64,000 nt of DNA from the human T2T-CHM13v2.0 reference genome, Homo sapiens. Positions within the stretch are counted from its first letter, which is position 1, and every line of letters starts with the position of its first letter. The DNA lies in the NCBI RefSeq assembly GCF_009914755.1, contig NC_060929.1, one strand, 5' to 3'. The notes beneath the pieces were generated by a model. That model was not told where the DNA came from and did no database searches. It saw nothing but the letters and a program-made list of their open reading frames with translations. Below are positions 43,961 through 58,200 of this stretch, one piece after another. A program made the position numbers and the translations under genes.

Positions 43961-46711
43961 AAATAGTAGTTCAACAATCCCTGGTGCTTATTTGGTTTTC
44001 CTGATTGTAGACTAGTTCATATGTCTGTTCTAACTCAAACCATAAGCAACTAAGTAATGAAGCTAAAGATGGATATCTATCGTGTTTAGTACGTGCATTT
44101 ACCCTATTTAAAATCTTCAAGGAATGTAGCTCTCTTAGGACATAGATAGCCATTGCTGACCTTGCCATGTCTGAGAAGAACTAAGATCAAGGGTTTTTAG
44201 TGGCTACATTCTTAGCATTGCAAGTGTTAGCAAGATTAAGAGATATTAAGTTAATCAGGTGACAGAATAAATAAAATTAATGTTAAGATATCAAAGATAT
44301 AAAACATACTATGTTTTAGGTATAAGACTTATAAACTTACTTTTTCAAATATATTTGATAATATAGCTGGAAATAAAGCTATAATATCTAAGACAGTCTT
44401 GGAGTTATTAAATTTTTCCTGGACTGAGACTTAAATTCAGTTGTGAGTCCTGTGTGTGAATGAATAGCATGCAATAATTGACTCAAGAGCAGACCAACAC
44501 CTACCTGAATGCCCTACAAATTTGGTATTTGAGTGGAAAACTAGGGTTTGCTTTCCATGGAAAAAAACCTCATGGCAGCAACAAATCCCAAACTGAGAAA
44601 CAGTAAGTGCTTCTTTAATGCAATGATGGCAAAGGAGTTAATATTGTGGTTCGGTTTCCTTTGCTTCTTCTTTTCTAAAATATGCGTGTTGCTTTTTCAT
44701 ATCTTTTGTTTGATGTTATCATAGAAGAATTTGTCAAAATTGTTAACTTTCTTTATGTTTGGTCACACTCTCCTTCTTTCTGTACTTTTCATTTTTCTAA
44801 TGTGGTTATATGACTATATTATGCAAAGGGTTTGAAAGACTCTGGAATTATGGAGTTCTAAGAAAACTTGTATATTATTCTCTCACTAGCACATATGATT
44901 TTATTTCTTAATGTTCTTGTAATCCATTAAAGATGTCAAATTTGAAATATGAACTCTCACTTATTACTTTTAAAAATTCAAGTTTTCAAACTTATTCTTG
45001 ATATTCTACTGCACAAAAGGTAATAATAAACTAATCATTTTGTCTTCATGTAAAAAATCATAAATATTGAAGAATCATAAAGTTATGGCAAAATGTAGTC
45101 AAAGTTTCAGAAGAAACTCACTGAGTTTAGCATGTATGACTCACGTGTAAAATACCTGCCTCTGACTACCGATTGCAAAGACTGAATTTTCAAGACTCTT
45201 ATTAGGTAAATTTAAAACAAGGAAATCTGAAAATGAGCATATTAATGAAAGAACTACAGCTTCTAGATATGCATTCTTAGGAATATCTATTCTCTTTGAT
45301 ACAGATCATTAAATGTTAAAATAAAAATAGCTTAAATTGAGTGAAGTCAGAGTAGGGAATGGAAAAAAAATAACTGTGAAATTGTTAAGGTGTGTAGTAA
45401 GTTAGGGGCCATGTGCATTAATCAATCTTTTTTGTTATAGCATGCAGCTTGTCTTCAGGCAAGTTACTTATTCTGTTGTTATTAAGTTCCTTGAATTCTA
45501 TTCTCCAAAACCTTATGTAATGAAAGCTAACCATGAAAGGGAGGGAATATACCTAGACAGTCTTGTTTCCTGGTTTCAGTTTGATACACTTTTCACTATA
45601 TCATGCTGCTAGTTATCATTGTTTGATCACTTGGCAAGATAGCGTCCATCATTGGGCATTTGGTCATATATATCATATGGCTTCTATTTGTATTTGGAGG
45701 CTAAGTTAAATTTAAATTGAAGTTAGTGATGCAGAGCACATAGTCCATGATAGAAGAATGAAAGTGTTTTTCTCTAGCTGAAGCATCATTAAAAAGCATG
45801 CATTTGCTTCACTATTGACTTTCAGTTTCCTTTTGCAAAATTAAAAACAAACAAGCACAATTTTTTGCCTACCTCAATAGCTGTTCATCAAAAATAATTT
45901 GGGAAGTTGTAAGGAGCTAGAAAAATGTTATGATTTTTGCTATAATGATTATATGACATTTTATATAACTTGTTATAACCTAATGTATTGTAAAATAAGG
46001 GATAGAAGTAACTGGGGTCCTGAAAAGACATAAAATACAGAATCATTAGAGCAATCTCTAATATACATGTATATATTAGAGACTTTTATATAAATATACA
46101 CACAAAATGTTATATACATACATTTATTCAATAAAATTTTTAATGAATCGAATTATATGTGATTCTACACAGAAGTCTATAGAATAATATTTCTCATTGC
46201 GTACTTCCACTCTTATGGTATCCCATTTTCCTTCAGAATGAGTACCTTCCAAGCACTTGTGGATTAATATTGTCAATCCTTGAAATCACATAAAATGACA
46301 TCTCATATAAGTTTGACTTATTTTGCCAGGGAGCCAAGTTTCTTACCTGTCATGATTTAAGTGCCTTGAATTCTATTCTCCAAATGCTCATGTAGCCTAA
46401 GCTCACTATGAAGAGGAGGGATGATATCTAAATGAAATTAGCTTTGGTTGACAGCGCATTACTTTCTAACTCTTCCATATACTGTAGTGATTCTGTAACT
46501 ATTCCAAGCCTTGGATTTTAAATATAACTGTGGATATATTATTTACTTGCATTATTTTATGTCAGTAGCGAAGATATTCAGTACTTTATACTGACAGAAT
46601 TGTAAAAATGTAAAATTGTAAAATATCTGACTTCCTACTTCAGTTCATTTTCTGCCAAAGTTACAGCTAAACTCTAGTAAAAAAAAACTGACATTTTCAT
46701 TGCAGTAATAG

Positions 46712-46812
46712 AATACATGCATACATCAAAACTTATAAAAATTAACATTTTAAAAATGTGAACCTTATTTTGTGTCGGTTATGTCTCAGTAAATTTGTAA
46801 ACTTAAAAAAAA
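46712..46812 (+). mobile_element. L1M 3' terminal fragment
   Basis: catacatcaaaacttat...ttatgtctcagtaaa plus A-tail. Confidence 0.55.
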
Positions 46813-47254
46813 TCTGTAGCCACTTGGAACCAAGTGATGTTGAAGTTCCCATGGCAGTGATTGTTGGAGAAAACGAACAAACACGAAACAGAACATAACT
46901 ACATTTATTTTGTTTCGAACTAAATTATTTCTTTCAGTTCATAATCTGTATATTCTCTAAATGAGGACACATTGTTTCTGCTCTCCCAATAAACAAAATT
47001 ATTATTGTTTGCCCTTAAGGAGTTAATTGTCTCATTTATTTAGTGAGCCTCTGTAAGAGTACTTGGAGAATACAATAGTCAAGCTCAATCTATTTTAGGT
47101 TGGAAAGAAAAAACTTTTTCCTTTTGATCTATGAATAATAGAATTATTTCCTAAAAGCTGACCAGAGGACACATTTTTAGAGTATATTAATGTCTAAATA
47201 CACAATACAATAAAAGACACATTTTAATAGCTATGCTGAGCTACAACTATTCTA

Positions 47255-47437
47255 TTTAAGAGGATAGCCACTAGCCACAAACATGACTATGTAAATTTAT
47301 ATCAGTTAAAATTAAATATAGTGAAAATTCAGTTTATGGTTTGTACAGTAGTTCCATGTGGCTCATGGCTGCTATATTGGGAAGCATGGATTATAGAAAT
47401 TTCAATTCTTGGTGAATATTTTATTGAACAATACTAT
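47255..47437. mobile_element. MER3-like hAT-Charlie fossil
   Basis: tagccactagccac...aaattaaatatagtgaaaattcagtt...catgtggctcatggctgctatattgg. Confidence 0.65.
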
Positions 47438-48749
47438 GATACAGTATACATTATAAATTATCAGATAAATTATTGCATCTTTTTATTTTTTGCTATGTTA
47501 CGATGTCAAGAAAATGTTTGAAGCTGTGGATTCAAAGAAGAAAATATTAATTTATCCATCAATTAAGAAGAGAAAGGAATAGAGCTTGTCTTTCCATCAA
47601 AGCAGTGTTAAAAATTAATAGTAAAAGCCCAGTGGGATAAAAATATTGCTAAGGGGTTAACCACATTTTGTAAAAAAAAAAAAAACTGCTTAGAAAACAA
47701 ACCAAAAATGTGACAGTTGATTATATGCTTCCTTCATGCATACAATGCCCAAAAGTTATCTTTCTATGCATTATGATATAGAATTATCTGCCCATTAATT
47801 TTGATTGCTATAATTAGTTGATGAAGGTCACACGTATGTAGAATTCAAACATCAATTGCAAAATGACTAATCCGTATTCCAGGTAATATAGACAGAAAGG
47901 TCTGAGAATTATGGTTTTTATTCAGAACAATACCTTCTTTTAGTAGTACTACACTCAAAACTGTTGTTTTCATAAAAGAAAAGAAGAAATGTACTCATTT
48001 ATCCCCAGTAAACTTCAGTCTAGCAATACGATTAATCTCTTTTTTCCATTAATAAGTTGTTTCCAGATTTGCTCAGATGTTCTACCTGGAAAATCAAATT
48101 ATCTCAAACAAAGGCAGTTTTTTTCCTTCAATTCTTACTATTTTTTCTTTTCTTTTTTTATCTGATCATACTTTCTCTATATTAAATAGCAGACTCAACA
48201 ACGAGTGTTCCACTCATTTTCCTAACAGAGTTCAAGACTAAAATGAGAGTTCTTACCTTTATTTGTAGTGGAGAGGTTTTATTAAGTTATATATTTTCTG
48301 TTATTGGTTTCCTGAAAGTTTTTATTATGGAAGACTGCTGAAGTTCATAAAAATTCCCATTTATCTTTTTTGAGATCATCATGCTTGTGTGTGTATATGT
48401 ATCTTTTCATAGCTTGGCCCTAAGAGAGCCAATATATTGGTTTCCTGTCATAATCTCTGTTATCTCTGGCACCAAGTAAGCCAAAGAGAAAGAAACTAAA
48501 TGGATCAGCTGAGGTCTCCCTTATTGTAACATTGGTAGAAGGCAAGGAAAATTTTTGCACTTTATCCTTTGTGTTTCTTAAGAACCAGGACTAAACACAA
48601 AGAAAATTGTGAAATATCATATTAAGCCACCCAAATGTCTTTACATTATAACTGATAAATATTTGATAACGAAAGACTGAGGAAAATTTGGTAACAAAAG
48701 TGAGATATTCTTTAAGTGTAAAACATACAGCAAGTTTTAAAACTACAAC

Positions 48750-48985
48750 AAAAATAAAATTGATATCCTATGAATTTTTATATTGATTGCATATTGAAGT
48801 AATACTATGTAGATATATTGCACTAAATAAAATATATTATCAAATTACTTTTATCTGTTTCTCTTTACTGATTTTTGATGTGGAAACTAAAAAAAATTAC
48901 TTGTCTTCCCATAAATGTATATGCTCACATTTGTAAAACTATCTAACATCTTATTTCATACTGTATTTGTATTAGATAGCACTAC
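48750..48985. mobile_element. MER33-like hAT-Charlie fragment
   Basis: tatattgattgcatattgaagtaatac...taaataaaatatattatcaaattactttt. Confidence 0.6.
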
Positions 48986-49825
48986 CATAAAGAAAGAGCT
49001 AAATACGATGCCTGAACCAAGAAATGTATTTTGAAGAGCCTATATTTGCATGTAAATGATTTTGATAATATAAGGAAATGTAAACAGAATCACATACTTT
49101 CTAGAGCTACATATTAATAACCAAAACCACAGCACAAGTAGATAAATTTAAAGGCAGATCATTACTATTAGTATCTCCAAATTAGTGACCTATGATACGA
49201 AACAGCAGTATCTACCACCTCAAAGAAAAATTCGAAGAAACAGGATCCATCAATGAATAAGAGTTCCAGCAACTCTTAAATGCTAGTCAAAATATTGTCG
49301 TGATAAGAAAGAACAGATGGAAGAGAGAAACAGTTAAACAAATAGTAGAAGACAATACCCACAAAATCAGAAAAAGCCCTTTAATTTGAGAAAGTGAAAT
49401 TGTGAAAAGCCATGCAACTTTAGACATTTTTAATAAGCACCCTGAATTCAAGAAAAGTGGACAAGCTGCCAGAAATAATAATTACTTAATGAAAACATAA
49501 AAAAGAAAATATTTAGTTTCACCATTCTCACCTAAAATATTAGAAACCGGAATTGAACAGACCACCCTTTAATGTCATTAATGAGAAGAAAAAAAGTACT
49601 TTTTATATTATACAACCAGCCACTTTGGATATATAAGACACCGCATTTCTTGGACACATAATACATTTTCTTGCATATCCATAGACTATTTAAAAGAATG
49701 TTGATTGTGCCACTTGTATACAGTTTTTTGATATCAAAAATTAAAAATATTTACAGTTTAATATACCCCTAGATCATAGGATAATAAGTGTAAAACTATA
49801 ATAATAAAAATATGGCAATGAAAAT

Positions 49826-50118
49826 ATATCTCTTACAGTTCTGAAGGCTGGAAGCCCAAGATCAAAGCAGCAGCGGACTCAGGACTCAGTTTCCAACGAG
49901 AGACAGGTTTATGGTCCATAGATAATGCCTGTTCATTGGGTACCAACATGGTGGAAGTGGCAAGGCAGCTCTCCAGGGCTTCTTTTATAAGGGGGTTAAT
50001 CCCATTCCTGATAACTCTGCCCTCATGTCCTAATTAATTCCCATCTAATAATACCGTCACATTGGTGATTAGGTTTCAACATGTTAATTTTGGATAACAT
50101 AAGCATTCAGACCGTAAC
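49826..50118 (-). mobile_element. MLT1A-like LTR fragment
   Basis: cagttctgaaggctggaagcccaagatcaa...ttaggtttcaacatg...cattcagaccgtaac. Confidence 0.8.
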
Positions 50119-50134
50119 TGGTTCCATAGCAAAT

Positions 50135-52960
50135 ATGAATAATACAAAACACTGATGAATGAAATCAAAGGTCTCAATAAATGGAGAGAGATTCTGTGTT
50201 TATGACTTGGGAAAATCAATCTTTTTTAAAAGTTTTAATTCTTGCCAAATTGATCTAGAAATTCAGCATAACCTGCTCCCAATCCTAGTAAACCATTTTG
50301 TAGATAAGTACAGACTGAGTCTAAACTTTATATTAAAAACCAAAAAGAAGATGAATCTTGACACAGATTTATACCCATTACTAAATTAACTCAAAATAAA
50401 TCATAGGCCTAGTGGTAAAATGAAAAACTATAAAACATTTAGAATATAATAGGAGAAAATATAGGTTACCATGAATTTGGCAATGTATTTTTATATAAAA
50501 AACCAAAAGCACAGTCCGTGAAAGAAAATATTAATAATCTGGACTTAGTTTTAGTTAAAAACTTCTGCTCTGTGGACAGCATTGTGAACAAAATAAAAGA
50601 CACAGATAGGGTAAAATATTTGCAAAATATATACCTGATAAAGATTTGTATTTGAAACATTGAAAAGATCTTTTAAAACTCAACAACAAGAAAACAACAT
50701 CCCAATTGTAAAAATGGGCAGAAAATTTGGACAGATATTTTATTAATGAATATATAAGATGAAAATGAAAGGACATGCAGAAAGTATATGAAAAGATACT
50801 CAATGTCATTGTCATTAGGGAAATATACATTGAAACAACAAGAGACCATTAGATACCTATAAGGACAGCCAAAAATCAATCAGTAAATAAAATACACAAT
50901 TCTGTCCAGGATCAGGAGTCAGGGACCTCTCATTTATTGCTGGTCAGAATGCAAATTGACGCAGCCACTTTAGAAGATAATGACAGTTTGACAGCTAAAC
51001 ATAATTTTCCAATGCAATCCAGCAATCATGTTCCTAGATATTTGCCCAGCTGATTTGAAAACCTATGTCCACACAAAAACCTTAATGCAAATGTTTATGG
51101 CAGCTTTTATTCATAGTGTTCAAATACTGGAATCCAGCAAAATATTCTACAATACGTGAACAAACTGTGTTATACCCATACAGTGAAATATTTGATTGTA
51201 GAAATAAATTTGTTATCAAACCATGAAAAAATTCATGGAAAATATGTTACTAGATAAAAGAAGCCAGTCTGAAAAGCCTCAATATTTTATTATTCCAATT
51301 ATATGACATTCTGGAAAAGGCAAAACCACAGAGACAGGGAAAAAAGATCACTGGTTACCAGGGTTCCAGGGAGGGGTGTTTACTGGGTGAAACATTGTAT
51401 TTTCAGCACAGTGAAACTATAATGTGTAATACTCTAATGGTAGGTATATGATACTATATATTTGTCAAAACCTATAGAATTTTACAGCACAAAGTGTGAA
51501 TCTTAATAAGATGCTAATTACAAAAACCATTTAGGAAGTTCAAGGAATCCATGGATAGAATGTTGAATAGATAAAATAAACTAACATTACTATAAATCTA
51601 TGAAGCAATCTCACTGAGGCTCAAGGGGATAAAATTTGCTGACTGACCTAAGTGGCTTGGGAAAGGTTTAAGTTTTGTAAGACACAAGGCAAAAGATACT
51701 ACTAAGCCTTGTACTCTGGATAATAACGTTGTTTCCTACAGGTACAGGTGTTAACAATCGTGATATTGCAATTCATGTATACTGGAATTAATCAATTAAG
51801 TAAATGAATGGCAATAATGGAAGTCAGATTTCTCATTGTCAGAAGGGGAGTTTATAGCTAAGTAAGCTAGGAGAATAGACTGATCCATGTGGTCATGGAT
51901 TAGACTTGAGACAACAATGTTAACTTATTCCCTTAACTTATGTTAACTTATTTTGCCTTGATAGAAATGGTTACATATATGTATATTTATGTATATGTAT
52001 ATATAAGTACATTATTATTTGAATGTACTTTTTTTTTACTCTGACACCTGAAGGCTGTGCAGCAATAACATTACAGTAGGAAAGAGAATACTTTGAGGCC
52101 TGGCGCGGTGTCTCATGCCTGTAATCCCAGCACTTTGAGGGCTGAGGCGAGCAGATCACTTGAGGTCGGGAGTTCGAGACCAGCCTGGCCATCATGGGGA
52201 AACTCTTTCTCTACTAAAAATACAAAAATTAGCCATGTGTGGCCATGTGCATCTGTAGTCCCAGCTACTCAGAAGGCTAAGGCATGAGAATTGCTTGAAC
52301 AGGGAAGAGGAGGTTGCAGTGAGTGGATTTTGCACCTGGGTGAAAGAATGAGACTCTATCTCAAAAAAAAAAAAAAAAAAAAACCTATCACCCAAATCTT
52401 GGTTTCTGATACTATTTTACAATAAAAGAGTCCTTGAAGAAAGTGCTAATGCTACTACAGATATAGGATATATACAAGATGGGTCTGGAGCATTGTGTAG
52501 AACCACAAATAATTTTTTTTACTAAAAATTCTCCACAACAAAAACAAACACACGTCAATGGTGGAAGGCCGAAAGCACACAGAAGCCTATTGAGAGAGAA
52601 CTGATGATCGAAGGTGGAACAATTTGAGGAACAAAATAAAAAGTGTTAGATTATAATACAAATTATAAAGTAAATATCATAAAATGTGCTGTTATAAATA
52701 AATGATTGAATATATAAATACATGGGAGAGAAAAGACAAATTCTCATAAAGAAGGATTCCAAATAATTTATGTATCTCCTTTAGCTTCAAGAATGTAGAG
52801 TATGACTCCCTACTTCTTCAATATGGGCTTCCTTCCTAACAGTATAGTACAGAAAGACATAAAAGAGAGTAAACTTGCAGCAGAAAAACCTATTAAGTGC
52901 TACCTCAGCCAAGCACTCAAGGTCAGTATCAACCGTGGTTAAGTCATGTATGTCCATGTA
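50135..52960 (+). mobile_element. L1MC-like ORF2 end and long 3'UTR (final piece at ~54370-54452)
   Basis: aaataaatcataggcc, aaaacttctgctctgtg, tgacattctggaaaaggcaaaacc, ctacctcagccaag. Confidence 0.75.
52097..52383 (+). mobile_element. AluS with deletion in the right arm
   Basis: ggcctggcgcggtgtctcatgcc...; long A tail. Confidence 0.93.
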
Positions 52961-52970
52961 ATATGGTTAC

Positions 52971-53428
52971 ATGGGTAACAGTGATATGGGTAACGGTCAC
53001 AACAAAAAGAGTCAGCATTTATGTTTACAGCACAGAAAATCAAGCTGTTGGAGAAACGGGAAAATGGTGGCCATGTGAAACATCTTCCAGGAGAGTTTCA
53101 CATTGAAATGACCACCATGTATGACCTTAGGAAACAGAAAGATAAACTACTGTCCACACGAGTGACTGAGAGAGTTACACCTTTGCTTTCTGATGGTCCA
53201 ATGTATACACACTTTGTGTCACGAACAAAATTATTTAAAATATTGTATAAAATACTTTCAGGCTATGTGTATAAGGTATATCTGAAGCATAAATGTATTT
53301 CATGTTAGATTTGAGTCCCCTCCCCAAGATATCTTATCCTGCATATGAAATATTCCAAAATAAGAAAAAAATTCTGGTATCCAAAAATCTCTGGTCCTAG
53401 GTGTTTCAGATAAGGAATTCTCAATCTA
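52971..53428 (+). mobile_element. Tigger4 (Zombi) derivative: transposase N-terminal remnant joined to the right end
   Basis: ORF 53021-53308 begins AQKIKLLEK...MTTMYDLRKQKDKLL (pogo/CENP-B-type HTH); right TIR ttcagataaggaattctcaatcta + TA. Confidence 0.8.
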
Positions 53429-53430
53429 TA

Positions 53431-53957
53431 GGTATATACCCAAAGGATTATAAATCATGCTGCTATAAAGACACATGCACATGTATGTTTATTGCGGCAC
53501 GATTCACAATAGCAAAGACTTGGAACCAACCCAAATGTCCAACAGTGATAGACTGGATTAAGAAAATGTGGCACATATACACCATGGAATACTATGCAGC
53601 CATAAAAAATGATGAGTTCATGTCCTTTGTAGGGACATGGATGAAGCTGGAAACCATCATTCTCAGCAAACTATCCCAAGGACAAAAAACCAGACACTGC
53701 ATGTTCTCACTCATAGGTGGGAATTGAACAATGAGAACACAAGGACACAGGAAGGGGAACATCACACACCGGGGCCTGTTGTGGGGTTGGGGGAGCGGGG
53801 AGGGATAGCATTAGGAGATACACCTAATGTTAAATGACGAGTCAATGGGTGCAGCACACCAACATGGCACATGTATACATATGTAACAAACCTGCACATT
53901 GTGCACATGTACCCTAAAACTTAAAGTATAAATAAATAAATAAATAAATAAATAAAA
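53431..53957 (+). mobile_element. L1PA3-5-like 3' end (~530 bp)
   Basis: ORF2 C-terminus (IYPKDYKSCCYKDTCT...SLIGGN), 3'UTR, (TAAA)n tail. Confidence 0.96.
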
Positions 53958-53961
53958 TAGA

Positions 53962-54355
53962 TGTATTAGTCTGTTTGGGTTGTCATAACAGTATACTATA
54001 GACTAGGTGGCTTAAACAATATAAATTTATTTTCTTCCATGTTTAGAGCCTGGAAGCCTAAGTTTAAGATGCCAAAATCTAGTCCTTGGCAAGGGCCTTC
54101 TTTCTGGCTTGGAAATGGCTGACTTCTCATTAATGTATCCTTACATGGTGGAGAAAGAGTAAGGGAGAGAGGGAGTAGAGAGGGAGAGAGGGAAAGATGG
54201 TAGATGGTCTCTCTCCTCTTTTATAATGACACTAGTCTCATCCTGGGGGATCTACCTGCATTAACTCCCAAATGCGTCATCTCCAGATACATCACACTGG
54301 GGCTTAGGGCTTCAGCATATAAATTTGTGGAGGATACAACATTCCGTTTATAGCA
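53962..54355 (-). mobile_element. MLT1A/B solo LTR
   Basis: tgtattagtctgtttggg...ggtggcttaaacaa...agggcttcagcatataaatttg...tatagca. Confidence 0.85.
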
Positions 54356-56451
54356 ACAGGAGAACCAGAATGTGAGATATATGAGAACCCTCCATAATAT
54401 TTCCACAATTTTCCTATAAATCTAAAAAGTGTTCTAAAAATAGTTTATTTAAATAAGAATGATAAATCAACTGTGAGAATATTGTAAAATAATTTTTGAA
54501 ATAAACAATATAGTAATACAAATGAGAACTCAAAGGATGGCTTTCAGAGAGGGTAAACAAAAGTGGTTACCCTCACACATAGGTTGACATTAATGAACTA
54601 AGGGATAAATTGGAAAACGTTATCCAGAATGCAGAACAGATAGATAAAATATAAAAACAATATTAAAGAGTAGTTAAGACACTGGGAAGTGAAAGTGAAA
54701 TCTAAAATACAAGAGCGTAAGGTAGAAGAAATACAAATAAGCCAATATTTGAAAAGATAATTAATGGTGAATACATTTATATAAATGAAAGAATAAATTA
54801 TCATATTCAAGAAGCATGGCAGGTCCCCAAAGTTATAAATACAAACATGTTTACAGGTAAATACATAATATGCAAAATTCAAAATTTATAATTCAGGAAC
54901 ACCAAAAACAAAAATAAAGAAGTTTAAAACAGTCAGAGAAGAGCAAGTTACTACAAAAAACAAACAAACAAAAAAGCCAAGCTGGGTATGAACTCACTTC
55001 TAGTCAGAAGCAATAGAAGCGAAAACACAGAGAAATATTACATAAACAATTTCAGGTCAGTACATTGCCCTAGCTAGAAAAAAAAAAAGGTAAAACTTTG
55101 CTTCTAAAATCACAGCAAAATCAAGACATACTGAACACAAGTCAAAGATAACTTATAAAAAATAAAAATATTTAGAAAATTGATCCCAGGAATATATTTA
55201 AGATTCAGTGAATTTTTTGTAAGGAAAATGGCCAACATGGTGTTAAATATAAGGTAAGTATTGTGAAAACTTAGACAAAGATTAAATATGACCAACAGAA
55301 CAAATTAGAAGTAAATATTGGGTACAGGACAGTATAAGTTGTTAGGATAGTAATTTTCATAAAATGTTCTGAAATTCATGCCAACAAATAATAATTTTTA
55401 TTCATTTTTCAACTTCGTTGAGCAAAGCATACATGTTACAGGTCAAGAATGTCATTATATATTTTTTAAAAAGTTAAAGCTATGATTTCTAAATATGTCA
55501 TATAAAATATTATAGCAAGAAATATTCAAAACAAAATGGAATTAAAAAGATATTACTATCATTAACAATAATTTAAAAATTAACATTGTAAAACTAAAAC
55601 CAAATATGACAAAAATCACGATATGCTGTTGATCAATGTTGCTTGTTCTCTTTTTTTCGCAGATGAATGAACTTAGTAATTAGCTTCAGGTTGGTATAGG
55701 TTTGTGACATTTTGTTTGATAAAATATGAAAGGAAGTGAAGTGGTATATTTGTGTGCATGGAAGTAAATGTGTAATTATAAGTATATATAATTTACAAGA
55801 TCTACTCATAGCATATAAGGGCAAAAAAGTGAACACAGAAGAGCATAAAATATATCACTTAAATGGAGAGTAGAAAAGCTATGTAATATGAAACAAATTA
55901 TACTTTAAAATAAAAACCACTACTAGAAACAGAAAATGTTACTATACGCAAATATCCAAATTGAAGCTATGGTTCTAAAACTGTGTGTAAAAATGTAGTA
56001 CAACATTAAAATGTATGTGGCAAAATGAACAATATTACAAAGAAATTAAAAAATACATAATCGGAATGAGAATATGTCCACTTGTGTCACTACTTGATTT
56101 TTTTAAGCAAAAATGTGATTAATAATTGAAATTTTTGGAAACATTTACTCATGAGATGAAGAATGCACAATGTTTTTAAGATAATTCAGTGTCTTTTTAA
56201 AACAGAGCCCATACTTTGCACAGAATGAATTTCAAAAACAGTTAAAAAATGGTATAATTCAGACAAAATTATTTGCCCACAATGCAAGAAAATTAAAAAC
56301 ACATGGCAAATACAATTAACAAATGAAGAAAATTTAGCAATTTTTTTAAAAGTTTTCATTATCTCTTTGTTCAAGAGAAAAGCCTAATGGCAAATGAAGT
56401 TGTTTAAAAGTGAATCACGATGATTACCGTACATACAGTTTTGGTTCATAT

Positions 56452-56852
56452 TGTGGCAAAGATTAAGCGCTGTCTGCCGAATATTCCTGCTCTCTTTTCC
56501 AGAAGGTTTATTTTTGGTAAATGGCTACATAATCAGTGACATTTTACACTCTTTCTTGCCTCTAGGTGAGCCTGATCTCACCAAAATACCAAGATCTCAC
56601 CAAATGGAATATGAGCGGAAGTGATGAAGCAGTGGGCCACATTTTCTCCATTGGATGCAAAGGATCCTTGGTGATATCAGAGATATGAAATGGAAGGTAG
56701 CTGGATTTATGGACCACTGCTTGGGGGAGATCCAACTACAATCAGGAAGACTTATTTAGACCAAACCCAAGCAAGAAATAAACTTCTATTCTGATGAACA
56801 CTGAGACGTAGGCTCCTGTGTGTTATAGGAGATACTAACGACTTAATGAATA
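56452..56852 (+). mobile_element. MLT1 (I/J-like) LTR
   Basis: ccaaatggaatatgagcggaagtgatg...gcaagaaataaacttctatt...cactgaga. Confidence 0.6.
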
Positions 56853-57269
56853 TAAATAAAACAGTTACAAAGAGGTGGGGGAAATTAGTATCCTGGTTAG
56901 TATTAGAAACTAAGAAAATCTGAACATATTAGTTGTTTCAAACAAAGTATTTAATAAAAGTCAATTAAAGAATCAAAATAAAGCAGTAAGAAGTTGAAAG
57001 TATGTGAAGCTGAGAATAGAAATCAGAAAAAATTTTTTAAAGATGTTATATCAAAATTGATTGACATGTATTGTAATGTATTGATTGAAAAGTGATAAAA
57101 TTGACAAATTTCTTGCATGTGTGAGAAAAAGAAAACAGAAGAGGCTTAAAACATTTTAGGATAAAAAGGGAGAGCTAAATGCAGAGGTAGTAGATATTGA
57201 AAAAATATTAACATCATAATAGTATTTAGTAACTAAAAATGCTTAAATGTTTTTAAAAGAAAAAATATC

Positions 57270-57758
<489 letters not shown>

Positions 57759-58054
57759 TCAAAGAACAATTTTTTTTAATCTGTAAAGTATCTCAGAGAA
57801 TAAAAATATGCTGAAAGTCCCTAAATTCTATTTTGATGCTAGAATAACCTTGACACCACAATTAGAAAAAATGGTGTGAGAAATTATATTTCACTCATGA
57901 ATACAGATACAAAAAAAAAGGCAAAGCATATTAGCAGATTGATTTCATCAATTTCTATTAAAATAATGTATACCATTTGAGTCCTTTTTAGGAATGCAAT
58001 GTTTTTATAAACGTTAGAAAGTGTGGCAATTAACACTCTGAAGGAGGAGAACTC

Positions 58055-58200
58055 ACAAGCCAGATACTGTTGGTGGCCCACCTAGATTCCCTTTACTGGT
58101 GGGTGCACTATTTCAAGCTGTCGTGGGTGCCTTTTTTGCATAATTATCTTAGACTGACATGAACCACTCTTCTGGGAGATTCCTGAGAACTCTCCAATAG
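58055..58200 (+). mobile_element. Possible LTR16 (ERVL) fragment
   Basis: cagatactgttggtggcccacctagattcccttt resembles LTR16 5' ends. Confidence 0.3.
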
